Of a stretch of DNA of 52,745 bases, positions 35,613 through 43,790 are shown piece by piece. The stretch's first letter is position 1. Each line of letters starts with the position of its first letter. The stretch lies in IMG/VR virus record IMGVR_UViG_3300043184_000117; one strand, given 5' to 3'. The DNA comes from a virus. Made by a program: the position numbers and the translations under genes. Under the pieces are notes generated by a model. It did no database searches, was not told the DNA's origin, and saw only the letters and a list, made by a program, of their open reading frames with translations.

Positions 35613-36023
35613 TTACGCATCAAAAGGAGCAACGCCAGATCTACGAACATGTAAGCAAAACGAAAGAACTGAACCAGCAGTTGCATTAGCAGCAGCTCCA
35701 GTAAAATCTAACATTTGGATTACATATTTTTTATCAGCTTTAAAATCAGTCTGAAGATCCGCTGGATTTTCTAAAACTTGCACAGCTGCAATATTGATAG
35801 GGGTGGCGGCTACGAAGCCTGAACTAGAAAATAAAAAGCGATTCCAGCTATCTTCTAGTTCAATTTCATATTGACCAGCAGTAGCTAATTTTGTAATAGA
35901 CTTAATTCCTCCACCTTTTACTGTGCCTACAGCTCCGGCAGCGCCAATAACTAAAGAGCCAAATAACGCACAAACGTCTTGTTCTAGGGTATACTGAAAT
36001 TGTTTAAGGTATCTGTTAGACAT
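35613..36023 (-). CDS. Virion protein next to the capsid gene (decoration/minor capsid candidate), own promoter motif and hairpin
   Basis: ORF track; long GC-rich 5' leader; flanked by the TTGCCCAG motif and a hairpin. Confidence 0.5.
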   Translation of the reverse strand: MSNRYLKQFQYTLEQDVCALFGSLVIGAAGAVGTVKGGGIKSITKLATAGQYEIELEDSWNRFLFSSSGFVAATPINIAAVQVLENPADLQTDFKADKKYVIQMLDFTGAAANATAGSVLSFCLHVRRSGVAPFDA

Positions 36024-36114
36024 AAAAATCCTTTCACCAAATTAGGTGTGGGCGGTTTCTTCGATCACGCGGTGCCCCCAGTACGTAGATCTAGACAATA
36101 GAATGTCATTTATA

Positions 36115-36122
36115 CTGGGCAA
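36115..36122 (-). promoter_or_regulatory. TTGCCCAG motif fused to TATAAAT
   Basis: Minus strand reads CTAGATTGCCCAGTATAAATGAC, about 92 nt upstream of ATG 36023. Confidence 0.45.
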
Positions 36123-36191
36123 TCTAGGTGGTTTAATTAAGTAACTAATTTCAGCAGTATTACTACTGATTTTGGCTGTAATTTAAACTAA

Positions 36192-36539
36192 TTAGTGGTA
36201 ACTGTGTAATTTGAGGTAATCGATCATTTTTTGGAGTGTATCAATGTTCTCCTTGATAGCACCCAGAGTAGTGTTACACACGCGGCACAATAACTGTCTG
36301 ACATGTTTAGTTGAGTGGCAGTGGTCTACCGCTAGTTTCGCGAGTTTTCCATTTATTTTCAATGTTTCGGGTTGGCTGCAAATAGCGCACACATGTCCTT
36401 GTTTTTCGGACATTTCATTATATTCTTCAAGAGATATTTTGAATTCTTTATTGAGACGATAATTACGATGCTTATTCTCGTTATCTATGCGGTGTTGTTT
36501 AAAATACTCCCGCCTATCCCGTGTGTCTTTTTTTTTCAT
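36192..36539 (-). CDS. Free-standing HNH endonuclease of the endonuclease VII (T4 gp49-like) family
   Basis: CAICSQPE...LAVDHCHSTKHVRQLLCRVCNTTLG. Confidence 0.8.
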   Translation of the reverse strand: MKKKDTRDRREYFKQHRIDNENKHRNYRLNKEFKISLEEYNEMSEKQGHVCAICSQPETLKINGKLAKLAVDHCHSTKHVRQLLCRVCNTTLGAIKENIDTLQKMIDYLKLHSYH

Positions 36540-36578
36540 AAACTTATGTTAGCAGATTTGTTAATTTAAGTAAATTAT

Positions 36579-36830
36579 TTACTCGTGTTCTTTTAGATAA
36601 TCTAACATAGATTGTAATATTTCTTTTGATTCTTGAAGTTTACCCAAGGTAGTGTTACATCTATCACATAATAATTTCCTAACTTTACCAGTCTTATGAC
36701 AGTGATCTACCCTAAGATCTTTCTTTAAGGTAGATGCATCACCTAAACAAATATAACATTTATTTTTTTGCGCTTTTTTTGCTTCTTCAAATTGTGCTAA
36801 GGAGATGTCATAATTTCTTTGTAAAGGGCT
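36579..36830 (-). pseudogene. N-terminally truncated second copy of the EndoVII-type HNH gene, with no start codon
   Basis: Own translation: ..LQRNYDISLAQFEEAKKAQKNKCYICLGDASTLKKDLRVDHCHKTGKVRKLLCDRCNTTLGKLQESKEILQSMLDYLKEHE*. An in-frame TAA lies at 36831-36833 and there is no ATG/GTG/TTG before the catalytic core. Confidence 0.7.
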
Positions 36831-36864
36831 TTATGTTTTTCTACGGCAATTTGGATTTTATGGT

Positions 36865-36895
36865 AATAAAAAAGGCTCCCGTAGGAGCCCTTTTT
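36865..36895 (-). terminator. Strong bidirectional rho-independent terminator after the major capsid gene
   Basis: GGCTCC-CGTA-GGAGCC flanked by A6 and T5 runs. Confidence 0.8.
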
Positions 36896-36917
36896 AATTT
36901 GTAACTATTGGATAACA

Positions 36918-38132
36918 TTAAACTTTAATGTTAACGTTATAGCCCGGGGCACGACAACCTAAATTCCCATAAAATCCATACCTTACCTCAACACCATCAG
37001 CGTTAGCCTGTCTTAACATTTGGAGACCGTCAGAGTCAATAACTCTTACAGCTTTTCCAAGTGAATAAAGCTTCCACATATCCATTTGAAGTCCAAAGAT
37101 TCTATCAGAAGGACAGTTTTGATCAGGGATGCACTTGATAGGTCCACGTGGTCCATTGATCATGATACCTCTGAAACCGATTTCAGCCTTAACTTGAAGA
37201 TCAATATATTGAACTTTAGAACCAAGAGCTTTTTCAAGTTCAGCATACTTTTCGTAAGACATAAAAAAGTGGTCAATCTTAGCGCCTTCACGAGCAGCTA
37301 AAGCAGCAGCATCGATCAACGCTTCTTCGATTGGCAATGCACTTCCATCAATTCTTAATCCACCCAAACGAGTATCAACCGAACGGTCAACGCCAAAAAA
37401 TGGAGTAGAAGTAGGAGTTGTAGAAGGAATCCAAGCCTCAAGACCAGAAACTTTTAATCTTACTGGAGTAGCTGAGTTTTCTCTATCACCTTGAACAAAC
37501 AAGAAATCATTAGCAGCTAAGCCAGTGATACCAGCAGCACTATCAACAGTGATTGTTCCAGCAGTACGATCAACAGCAACAATAATTGCAGATCCAGCTC
37601 TAAGTACAGAAGATCCTTGAGTAGCAGAAGCAACTAGAACCATCCCAACTTCAAAGTTAGTTACTGACTCTTCAGATAAAAGAGTGATTGTGTTTGAGCT
37701 AATTGAAGCAACTTGACCGATGTCACCAAAACCTGAACGGAAAAGAGCGGTAGCAAGTGAACGTGTTAAAGTATTGATTGCTCCATCAATTTCTGTTGTA
37801 GCGGCTTCCATAAATGCGTTTGCGTTGCCTTTAGAAGCTTCAAGAGTTTCGTTATCAATAGTAGCGATTGAGTAGTCTTTAACCCTTGTAAGTACGAAGT
37901 CAGCCAATTTAGAATTGGTTACTTGTCCACGAGTTTGAGCGTTAGTAAAACTTGCGCTTCGTCCTTGTGGGTTACCATAAATTAGAGGAATTGGCAAATT
38001 TCGTCCACCAAAATCTTCCATCTTTTTAACTAAAGCCAAAAATGGATTGTCTTTGTAGACCATCATTTCTACTGTATCATTTGTGTAATGCTGCTTAAGT
38101 GCGGCATCAAAACTGACTAAATCTAAACTCAT
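36918..38132 (-). CDS. Major capsid protein
   Basis: 404 aa, directly after the scaffold gene, followed by the strongest terminator in the genome; no motif check possible. Confidence 0.7.
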   Translation of the reverse strand: MSLDLVSFDAALKQHYTNDTVEMMVYKDNPFLALVKKMEDFGGRNLPIPLIYGNPQGRSASFTNAQTRGQVTNSKLADFVLTRVKDYSIATIDNETLEASKGNANAFMEAATTEIDGAINTLTRSLATALFRSGFGDIGQVASISSNTITLLSEESVTNFEVGMVLVASATQGSSVLRAGSAIIVAVDRTAGTITVDSAAGITGLAANDFLFVQGDRENSATPVRLKVSGLEAWIPSTTPTSTPFFGVDRSVDTRLGGLRIDGSALPIEEALIDAAALAAREGAKIDHFFMSYEKYAELEKALGSKVQYIDLQVKAEIGFRGIMINGPRGPIKCIPDQNCPSDRIFGLQMDMWKLYSLGKAVRVIDSDGLQMLRQANADGVEVRYGFYGNLGCRAPGYNVNIKV

Positions 38133-38184
38133 AAAATTTTCCTTTAAAATAAATTAGTTATTATCTCGATATTGAGATAAAAAA

Positions 38185-39087
38185 TTATGTCCACCTTAGC
38201 AAACTTGCCGCGCGTTTTTTACTTTCTTCAATATCAGTCACCGGTGATTTAAACGATGATGACGAAGAGTTCAAACTGTTCGACAGGGTTTTTGGCTTCT
38301 GATCTTTTGCCGCTTCTTTCTTAGGTGCCTCTTGTTCCGGCTGGGGACTTTCCGACTTAGGGGCAAGTTTTGTACTAAACTTTTTTAATTTGGTTACGCC
38401 TTGTACCAAATCTTCTAAGTATTTCTCAACGTGCTCGGCGGCTGCATCTACTTCCATGACCTCACCGTGCAAATTGTAGTACTCTTCGATCAAATCATAA
38501 ACTAGATCAAAATCCTTCTGATAATTAATTAACTCGTATTTATCAGGCTGGCTTGAAACTTTAGAAATAATCTCGTTTTTGAATGTCTCAAGTATCTGGG
38601 CATTTTCTGCCTCAGCTTGTTGTTCTTTAGCTTTTTTTTCTAATTCGCGCTCTTCTTTAAGCTTTTGAAGCTCTTCGCGCATCTCTTTTTCAAGCTTCGT
38701 ATATTTTTCATTTGGATCGCTTTCTTTGGCTACCGGTTCAATACCTAGCTTTAGATTCACAATATCATCAAAACTAATACCTAGTTCTTGAAAAAGTAGG
38801 TCCGGGTTTTTTTTGAATTCGGACTTTTTACTTTCCCAACTTTGGACTTTACTCAATTGCTCTTTGTGCATTTGCTCTTGTTCTTTAAACTTCCGTTCAC
38901 GCTCAAGGATTTGTTTTTCCCTTCTAGATAGTGCGGCAAACTTTGAAGAATAGTTTAGTTCTTCCTTTGGAGGTTCTTTTTTTTCTACTTTTTCTTCTGA
39001 GGGGTTTAACTGAGCTGGCTGCGCTTTAGGGGCTTCATCTTGAACTGGGGTAGCTTCTACAGCGGATGCTGTAACTTCTGAACTCAT
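38185..39087 (-). CDS. Scaffolding protein
   Basis: E/K-rich coiled coil between portal and capsid; start moved to MSSEVTAS (RBS AAAGGAA). Confidence 0.6.
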   Translation of the reverse strand: MSSEVTASAVEATPVQDEAPKAQPAQLNPSEEKVEKKEPPKEELNYSSKFAALSRREKQILERERKFKEQEQMHKEQLSKVQSWESKKSEFKKNPDLLFQELGISFDDIVNLKLGIEPVAKESDPNEKYTKLEKEMREELQKLKEERELEKKAKEQQAEAENAQILETFKNEIISKVSSQPDKYELINYQKDFDLVYDLIEEYYNLHGEVMEVDAAAEHVEKYLEDLVQGVTKLKKFSTKLAPKSESPQPEQEAPKKEAAKDQKPKTLSNSLNSSSSSFKSPVTDIEESKKRAASLLRWT

Positions 39088-39151
39088 AAATATTCCTTTG
39101 TCTTTTAAGCCTCGAAATTGAGGCAAACTAATTATTAGTTAGTTAAGAAGT

Positions 39152-39159
39152 CTGGGCAA
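39152..39159 (-). promoter_or_regulatory. TTGCCCAG motif (with AATAAT 17 nt downstream)
   Basis: Minus strand reads TTTTTGCCCAGACTTCTTAACTAACTAATAAT; about 65 nt upstream of the scaffold ATG. Confidence 0.4.
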
Positions 39160-39238
39160 AAATACATATATAATTCTTTAAAAATTATGCAAAAGTACAT
39201 ATATAATTGCTTAAAAATTATGCAAAAATACATATATA
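39156..39238. repeat. 33-bp tandem repeat, 2.5 copies
   Basis: gcaaaaatacatatataattctttaaaaattat / gcaaaagtacatatataattgcttaaaaattat / gcaaaaatacatatata. Confidence 0.9.
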
Positions 39239-39246
39239 GTTTTTCT

Positions 39247-39306
39247 GTGTAAACAAAAAGAAAGATATGTAAAGTTGTGTAAACAAAAAGAAAGATATGT
39301 AAAGTT
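39247..39306. repeat. 30-bp tandem repeat, 2 exact copies
   Basis: gtgtaaacaaaaagaaagatatgtaaagtt x2. Confidence 0.9.
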
Positions 39307-39373
39307 ACGTAAAGTACTATATAAGTACTGTTTAAATGATACAAATGGTGGATTTTATATCAATCAATTGGTA

Positions 39374-41263
39374 CTAACCTTGTGGTAACAAATCGCTTAC
39401 TGGTGGCGCTTCGGGCACTGCCTGCGGGACTTCAGGCTGCTCCGGTTGAGGGGGTTGGGCGGCTTCGATTAGTGCCGCGGAATCCTCAATAAACCTACGT
39501 AAAAGCTCCAACTTTTCCTCTTCAACGCGACGCGTTTTGGCTTTTAGATAATATGATTGAGCGATTTGAATACACAGTTGAGGGTTCATAAATGGTTCTG
39601 GAGCCGAATATTCATCGGTTTCCATAATGTGCTCAATTACAGCGTGGATGTCGTTCCAAGCCGCAAGTTCCATATCCATGGCGTCTTCAATATCTGGGAA
39701 ATCCAACAGAGCTTTTGCGGTTGTTTGATTAATCATGCCAGATTGAAGTAATTCTTGAACTTTTTGCAAGCGACCCGCTGGTTGAGTTGGTAACAGCGAG
39801 GCGGGGTAGAGTTGTAGTAAAAATTGATCTTGACCGACTTTAATGTCTTTCCACTTTATCTCTTCAATTAAATTAGATCCTGGAACGGTTATTGAGAGTT
39901 GCGGGTTAAGTTCGGCTAGTTCTGATGCTAAATCAATTATTTGTTCACCTAGTTGAATGAAACAATCTTCGTAATGTTGCGACACTAGTGCAAATCTTTC
40001 TGTTTCAATGTCCTGGTATTCTCTCAATGCTACCCCTGAATTTAATCCGGCGGGTTTTTGTGAAGATGCGGATAATTGAGAAATGCCGGTAATGCTAAAG
40101 GCTTTGTTAAACAAAGTTTCAAGATGATTATACAACTCACTAGGCATGGCGTTGGCAGTAACAATATCAGGCTTTGTGCCAGTATACTTAACAATACTGC
40201 CGATTTTATTATTGATGTGATCTTCAACCACGCTTGAACCAGATTCAATTAGGACCCTTGGCACACATGCTAAATTTTGCGCAGACTGGATATCTCGCAA
40301 AAGTTTATTTATTTCAATCTGAATGCCTAACAATTCCTCACCTAGTCCCATGCCGAAAAAACCTAGTAGTTTGCGCGACCATCGCATAATTATAAATGGA
40401 AAATAATCGCGCTCATAGGGCTCACTCAATAATGTGCAATTTTCAATAGTAATACAGTGTCTGCCATCTTTGGCATTTTTACCTGATCTTAAATGCCAGG
40501 ATTCTCTAACTACAGCCATATCTCCACTAAAAGAAGAGGGCAGTGCTCGATCAAATTTTATCTGACCGCTAGCATTGAGGATTTCTTGCGCCTTTTCTGG
40601 AAACATGTCGATTAGGACATCTTTGCTTATGTATTTAATTTGGTGCATTTGGCGAGGTTTGCCATAAACGCCTTCAGCATCGTCAACAATTAACTCATTG
40701 ATAAATACTCGCTCAGTATGTATCCGCTCACCGTCATGGTATACTTTTACAGCACCTGTGCCAAACACTGCGGCATCTTGGAATGCTGCACTCATTTCTT
40801 GGTACGCATTAGAATCCTTAAATACCCCAGCAATAAATTTACTCAATTTTTTACTACGTTGCTGTAAACTCCAGCTGCCACCAGATGTTAAAGCTATTAC
40901 TCTTGGGCGCATTTTAGCAATTTTACTACACGCGGTATCTACACACGCCTTAACTACATTATAACTAATACGATTGCTAATAGCGGTTTGGTTAGTACGA
41001 TCATATAAACCGACTCCAAAACCTAGTATTTCTTGGTTAGCATAAAGTCGGGCGTAGCGTAGATTTTGAATTTGGCGATAAGATTGAGATTCAATAATCC
41101 CGTTGGTTACGGCGGTAATGTGCAAAAATTGATCTTCTTCCGGTTCTTTCCACCACTGAGATTTGATGCTGCCGGCTTGCGTATTTGTGTTTACGTATTC
41201 TTTAATAACTTTAGTTTTGCTATCATATTCGACCGACTTTTCAACGACTTTATTTTTAGCCAC
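39374..41263 (-). CDS. Portal protein
   Basis: 629 aa, first large gene of the morphogenesis block upstream of scaffold and capsid; GTG start with GAGG RBS; proline-rich C-terminus. Confidence 0.65.
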   Translation of the reverse strand: MAKNKVVEKSVEYDSKTKVIKEYVNTNTQAGSIKSQWWKEPEEDQFLHITAVTNGIIESQSYRQIQNLRYARLYANQEILGFGVGLYDRTNQTAISNRISYNVVKACVDTACSKIAKMRPRVIALTSGGSWSLQQRSKKLSKFIAGVFKDSNAYQEMSAAFQDAAVFGTGAVKVYHDGERIHTERVFINELIVDDAEGVYGKPRQMHQIKYISKDVLIDMFPEKAQEILNASGQIKFDRALPSSFSGDMAVVRESWHLRSGKNAKDGRHCITIENCTLLSEPYERDYFPFIIMRWSRKLLGFFGMGLGEELLGIQIEINKLLRDIQSAQNLACVPRVLIESGSSVVEDHINNKIGSIVKYTGTKPDIVTANAMPSELYNHLETLFNKAFSITGISQLSASSQKPAGLNSGVALREYQDIETERFALVSQHYEDCFIQLGEQIIDLASELAELNPQLSITVPGSNLIEEIKWKDIKVGQDQFLLQLYPASLLPTQPAGRLQKVQELLQSGMINQTTAKALLDFPDIEDAMDMELAAWNDIHAVIEHIMETDEYSAPEPFMNPQLCIQIAQSYYLKAKTRRVEEEKLELLRRFIEDSAALIEAAQPPQPEQPEVPQAVPEAPPVSDLLPQG

Positions 41264-41296
41264 ACAGACCTCGTGGATTTAGGGAATATATAACTT

Positions 41297-41304
41297 CTGG
41301 GCAA
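41297..41304 (-). promoter_or_regulatory. TTGCCCAG motif upstream of the portal gene
   Basis: Minus strand reads GGTTATTGCCCAGAAGTTATATATTCC, about 34 nt upstream of the start. Confidence 0.4.
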
Positions 41305-41325
41305 TAACCAGATATTAAGGTTTAA

Positions 41326-41529
41326 TTAAATTCTAACTACTGCCGGTTCTGGAATAAACTCTCCAGAATCCATAAGTCTTTGAACAAACTTGTTAAAATA
41401 CTCATCTGAATGGGATATGGCATACTTTATTTTCTCATTATGACCCCAACGCTCTTGCACATGTTTCCAATAAAGTTTCATTATTTGGTCGTGGTTTGGA
41501 GCGTAAAATTTCCAAATTTCGTCAGTCAT
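41326..41529 (-). CDS. Hypothetical protein (67 aa)
   Basis: ORF track. Confidence 0.55.
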   Translation of the reverse strand: MTDEIWKFYAPNHDQIMKLYWKHVQERWGHNEKIKYAISHSDEYFNKFVQRLMDSGEFIPEPAVVRI

Positions 41530-41549
41530 AATGATTCCTTAGTTGAGGG

Positions 41550-41807
41550 TTATATGTCTCCATTTATATCAAACTTTTCATGATAGAACAATAAGTCATC
41601 CTCAATTTCTTCTACCGATTTTTCTTTAGGTTTAGTAGGTTGAGGGAGTTGCAGATCTTCGGTTTCTTCGGGGGTTACGCTCAGTATTTGTTTAATAGAC
41701 GGCGGTTTAGGATTTGGACATGCAAGTTTGATGCCATCCATTTCTAGTTGTGTGATGCCGTGGGTATTCATTAGTTTCATAATTGCGGAAAGTTCGGCAA
41801 GTTTCAT
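41550..41807 (-). CDS. Hypothetical protein (85 aa)
   Basis: ORF track. Confidence 0.55.
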   Translation of the reverse strand: MKLAELSAIMKLMNTHGITQLEMDGIKLACPNPKPPSIKQILSVTPEETEDLQLPQPTKPKEKSVEEIEDDLLFYHEKFDINGDI

Positions 41808-41828
41808 AATTAATTCTCTCTATTAATT

Positions 41829-41987
41829 TTAACTATCAATATGACAAATTGTTACTAGTCCAAATGCTTTAAATTTTTTAAAATAACATTTTATTTTTTT
41901 AAGATCCTTACTACTAAACTCATATTTATTACTATAGATATTTCTAAGTCCAACGATGTCCAACTCAGGCAAGTATACTACGTACAT
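41829..41987 (-). CDS. Hypothetical 52-aa protein (MYVVY family copy 2), not in the ORF track
   Basis: Own translation MYVVYLPELDIVGLRNIYSNKYEFSSKDLKKIKCYFKKFKAFGLVTICHIDS; junction TAATTATGTACGT shared with 42297. Confidence 0.5.
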   Translation of the reverse strand: MYVVYLPELDIVGLRNIYSNKYEFSSKDLKKIKCYFKKFKAFGLVTICHIDS

Positions 41988-41989
41988 AA

Positions 41990-42148
41990 TTATAACTCCC
42001 CAATATATTGAAAATAAGTTTTTACTCCAGGTATATAAAGTGCTAAATTGAGAAGAAGCTTTTTATCTTTAGGATCTAAAATTAGCACGTCTTTAGCTTT
42101 ATCATATAATGCAATCATATTTAGTTTATCACAGTATAATACTTTCAT
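41990..42148 (-). CDS. Hypothetical 52-aa protein, not in the ORF track
   Basis: Own translation MKVLYCDKLNMIALYDKAKDVLILDPKDKKLLLNLALYIPGVKTYFQYIGEL; ATGA overlap with the upstream ORF. Confidence 0.45.
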   Translation of the reverse strand: MKVLYCDKLNMIALYDKAKDVLILDPKDKKLLLNLALYIPGVKTYFQYIGEL

Positions 42149-42297
42149 AGTGTGCCTAATACTTCCATACTAAGTGATTTAAATTTTAATAGTTCCAAAA
42201 TTAATTTGCATTTTCGCAAATCGTTAACCTCTAAAAAGCCGGTATTATTATCAAGAGTACACAGTGCATCAACTTCTGGAAAATATACGACGTACAT
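42145..42297 (-). CDS. Hypothetical 50-aa protein (MYVVY family copy 1), not in the ORF track
   Basis: Own translation MYVVYFPEVDALCTLDNNTGFLEVNDLRKCKLILELLKFKSLSMEVLGTL. Confidence 0.5.
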   Translation of the reverse strand: MYVVYFPEVDALCTLDNNTGFLEVNDLRKCKLILELLKFKSLSMEVLGTL

Positions 42298-42299
42298 AA

Positions 42300-42497
42300 T
42301 TAACGCCCATCTAGCGTTCGCTCATAATTTTTATAACCGCTACGTATAATATCAGCTTTCAAAACATCATAATCTGCCTCAGGTTGCATCATGTACATAA
42401 TAACTGCATCCTTGTCAACGTCTTCTTGGTTATCAGCATACCAATCGCGTTCCCAAGGTTCTAAAGTAATTTTAGCAATACGAGGATCAATTTTCAT
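42300..42497 (-). CDS. Hypothetical acidic protein (65 aa)
   Basis: ORF track. Confidence 0.55.
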   Translation of the reverse strand: MKIDPRIAKITLEPWERDWYADNQEDVDKDAVIMYMMQPEADYDVLKADIIRSGYKNYERTLDGR

Positions 42498-42499
42498 AA

Positions 42500-42775
42500 T
42501 TACTTCCTTTGTTTAACTTCACGATATCCACATCGTTCCGAGCACATAACAAGTGTAGCATGAGGTAGTTCAGAAATCAATAACTTTGAGTGGCAGGTGG
42601 GGCAGCCGGGTGGCGATTTTTTATCGGCAGGCAAAGTGTCAGATTGCGCCACTTTCTCAATCTTTTGAATCTTTTTACGCGCCAAGTGCAGCTCTTCCTT
42701 TAATATACGCACCTGTCCTTCTAGTTCTTTAACCTGGCGTTTTAGTGCAAACTCACGATCGCTTAGTTTTGCCAT
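42500..42775 (-). CDS. Coiled-coil plus zinc-ribbon protein (91 aa)
   Basis: CPTCHSKL...CSERCG four-Cys pattern after a heptad region. Confidence 0.55.
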   Translation of the reverse strand: MAKLSDREFALKRQVKELEGQVRILKEELHLARKKIQKIEKVAQSDTLPADKKSPPGCPTCHSKLLISELPHATLVMCSERCGYREVKQRK

Positions 42776-42779
42776 AAGT

Positions 42780-42995
42780 TTACTTAGTAGTTAAGTCTTC
42801 CTTAATATCTAACCCATCCAGGTACATTCGCATGCAAAACATGCCCCACTCCAACGAACCTACTAAACTGGCATCATAGTGTAATGCAAACGCCTCAACC
42901 AACACATCTTGGTTGCGCTGTACATAATTGATAAAGGCTGGCGTGGTGCCTAGATCGACCGTGATTTTGCGTAAGCGAGCGGGCGAATGTTTCAT
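42780..42995 (-). CDS. Hypothetical protein (71 aa)
   Basis: ORF track. Confidence 0.55.
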   Translation of the reverse strand: MKHSPARLRKITVDLGTTPAFINYVQRNQDVLVEAFALHYDASLVGSLEWGMFCMRMYLDGLDIKEDLTTK

Positions 42996-43180
42996 ACTAT
43001 GCCTTTAATTAAAAAACTAGGCGACGTTGTGCGCCACCTAGCCACAAAAAGGAGTAGGGGGTCGTCATCCCCTAAATTTATTTTACTACAAACCCACATT
43101 GAAGTCAACAAAACGGTGCCGTTGGCGTAACTATTTAATTTTATTATACGCCCATCTAAACTCTCCTCTAAATGTAGCAT
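42992..43180 (-). CDS. Hypothetical protein (62 aa), first ORF after the non-coding hub
   Basis: ORF track. Confidence 0.5.
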   Translation of the reverse strand: MLHLEESLDGRIIKLNSYANGTVLLTSMWVCSKINLGDDDPLLLFVARWRTTSPSFLIKGIV

Positions 43181-43416
43181 AATTTGCTTTTACCTGGTAG
43201 TGCCGATTATTTTAAACCACACCATGAACATCGTAAAATCAACTACAATGCATTTCACTGCCAACCCCAACCTAACCTACCCACCGCCAATACTGGAGAG
43301 TTTAAGGCGGTACTTTGTTTGAATTAGGGGTATCAATGGGGGTGGTGATCGTACACCGCGGAATGGTAAAATTGATAGGTATTTATTGTGTGGTTGATTT
43401 CGCCCTGACCAACCCA
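43181..43416 (-). other. GC-enriched non-coding leader with C-rich/G-rich arms around an ACCGCC...GGCGGT hairpin
   Basis: ccaaccccaacctaacctacccaccgcc (43261-43288), hairpin 43283-43311, then ggggtatcaatgggggtggtg (43327-43347); no ORF longer than 13 codons on either strand. Confidence 0.5.
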
Positions 43417-43560
43417 TTATATATTACAAAAAATAAAAAATCTATATATAGTATATATCCTTAAGTTTTTACAAAAAAAAACAACAACAGTATATTTTAG
43501 GACCTTTTTTTGTATAATTTCAAGGGTTTAGGTTGTTTACTTTTTGTTGCTCTAGTGTTG
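43417..43560. repeat. Inverted repeat copy B (144 bp); partner is 8439-8581
   Basis: See copy A. The orientation points the same end of the element at the downstream operon in both places. Confidence 0.9.
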
Positions 43561-43727
43561 CATTAATAGCTTTTTGTGCAAATTTGTTCCTTTTTGTAAC
43601 CGCCTGAAATTACACACCACTACCATAATATCAATAAGTTGCACCACTAGATTTGCCAATACCTGTTTGATATGTCTAACAAAAGTTTGAGTAGAGAGAC
43701 ACCCTCAATGGGGTCATTGGTTGCATT

Positions 43728-43743
43728 TGCAAGATTGGTGCCA
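43728..43743 (-). promoter_or_regulatory. Sigma-54 (RpoN) type promoter, perfect consensus TGGCAC-CAATC-TTGCA
   Basis: Forward tgcaa-gattg-gtgcca; exact -24 GG / -12 GC spacing. Confidence 0.6.
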
Positions 43744-43757
43744 CATTTCATGTACGC

Positions 43758-43773
43758 TGCAAAACTGGTGCCA
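43758..43773 (-). promoter_or_regulatory. Sigma-54 (RpoN) type promoter, perfect consensus TGGCAC-CAGTT-TTGCA
   Basis: Forward tgcaa-aactg-gtgcca. Confidence 0.6.
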
Positions 43774-43790
43774 TTATGACACTACACCAT

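Noticed and set aside
36041-36090. Shared GC-rich words (cgcggtg, gatcac, ccccc, gtacg) between this 5' leader and 43340-43370
   Set aside because: The words occur in a different order and orientation and cannot be aligned, so they are probably coincidental.
39156-39306. Possible CRISPR array
   Set aside because: The repeats are directly adjacent with no unique spacers, only 2-3 copies, and no cas genes.
39135-39344. 69-aa ORF with internally repeated peptide (LHIFLFVYT.., LYMYFCIIFK..)
   Set aside because: It is a translation of the 33-bp and 30-bp tandem DNA repeats in an intergenic region. It has no RBS and implausible composition.
21675-41304. TTGCCCAG as the -12 element of further sigma-54 promoters
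   Set aside because: None of the copies has GG (TGGCAC-like) 11 nt upstream of TTGC, so they do not fit the -24/-12 geometry.
8439-43560. Site-specific invertible segment (Gin/Hin-like switch) bounded by the inverted repeats
   Set aside because: I found no serine or tyrosine recombinase gene in the genome, and the segment is 35 kb. Inversion by general recombination remains possible but unproven, so the repeats are reported mainly as a shared regulatory element.
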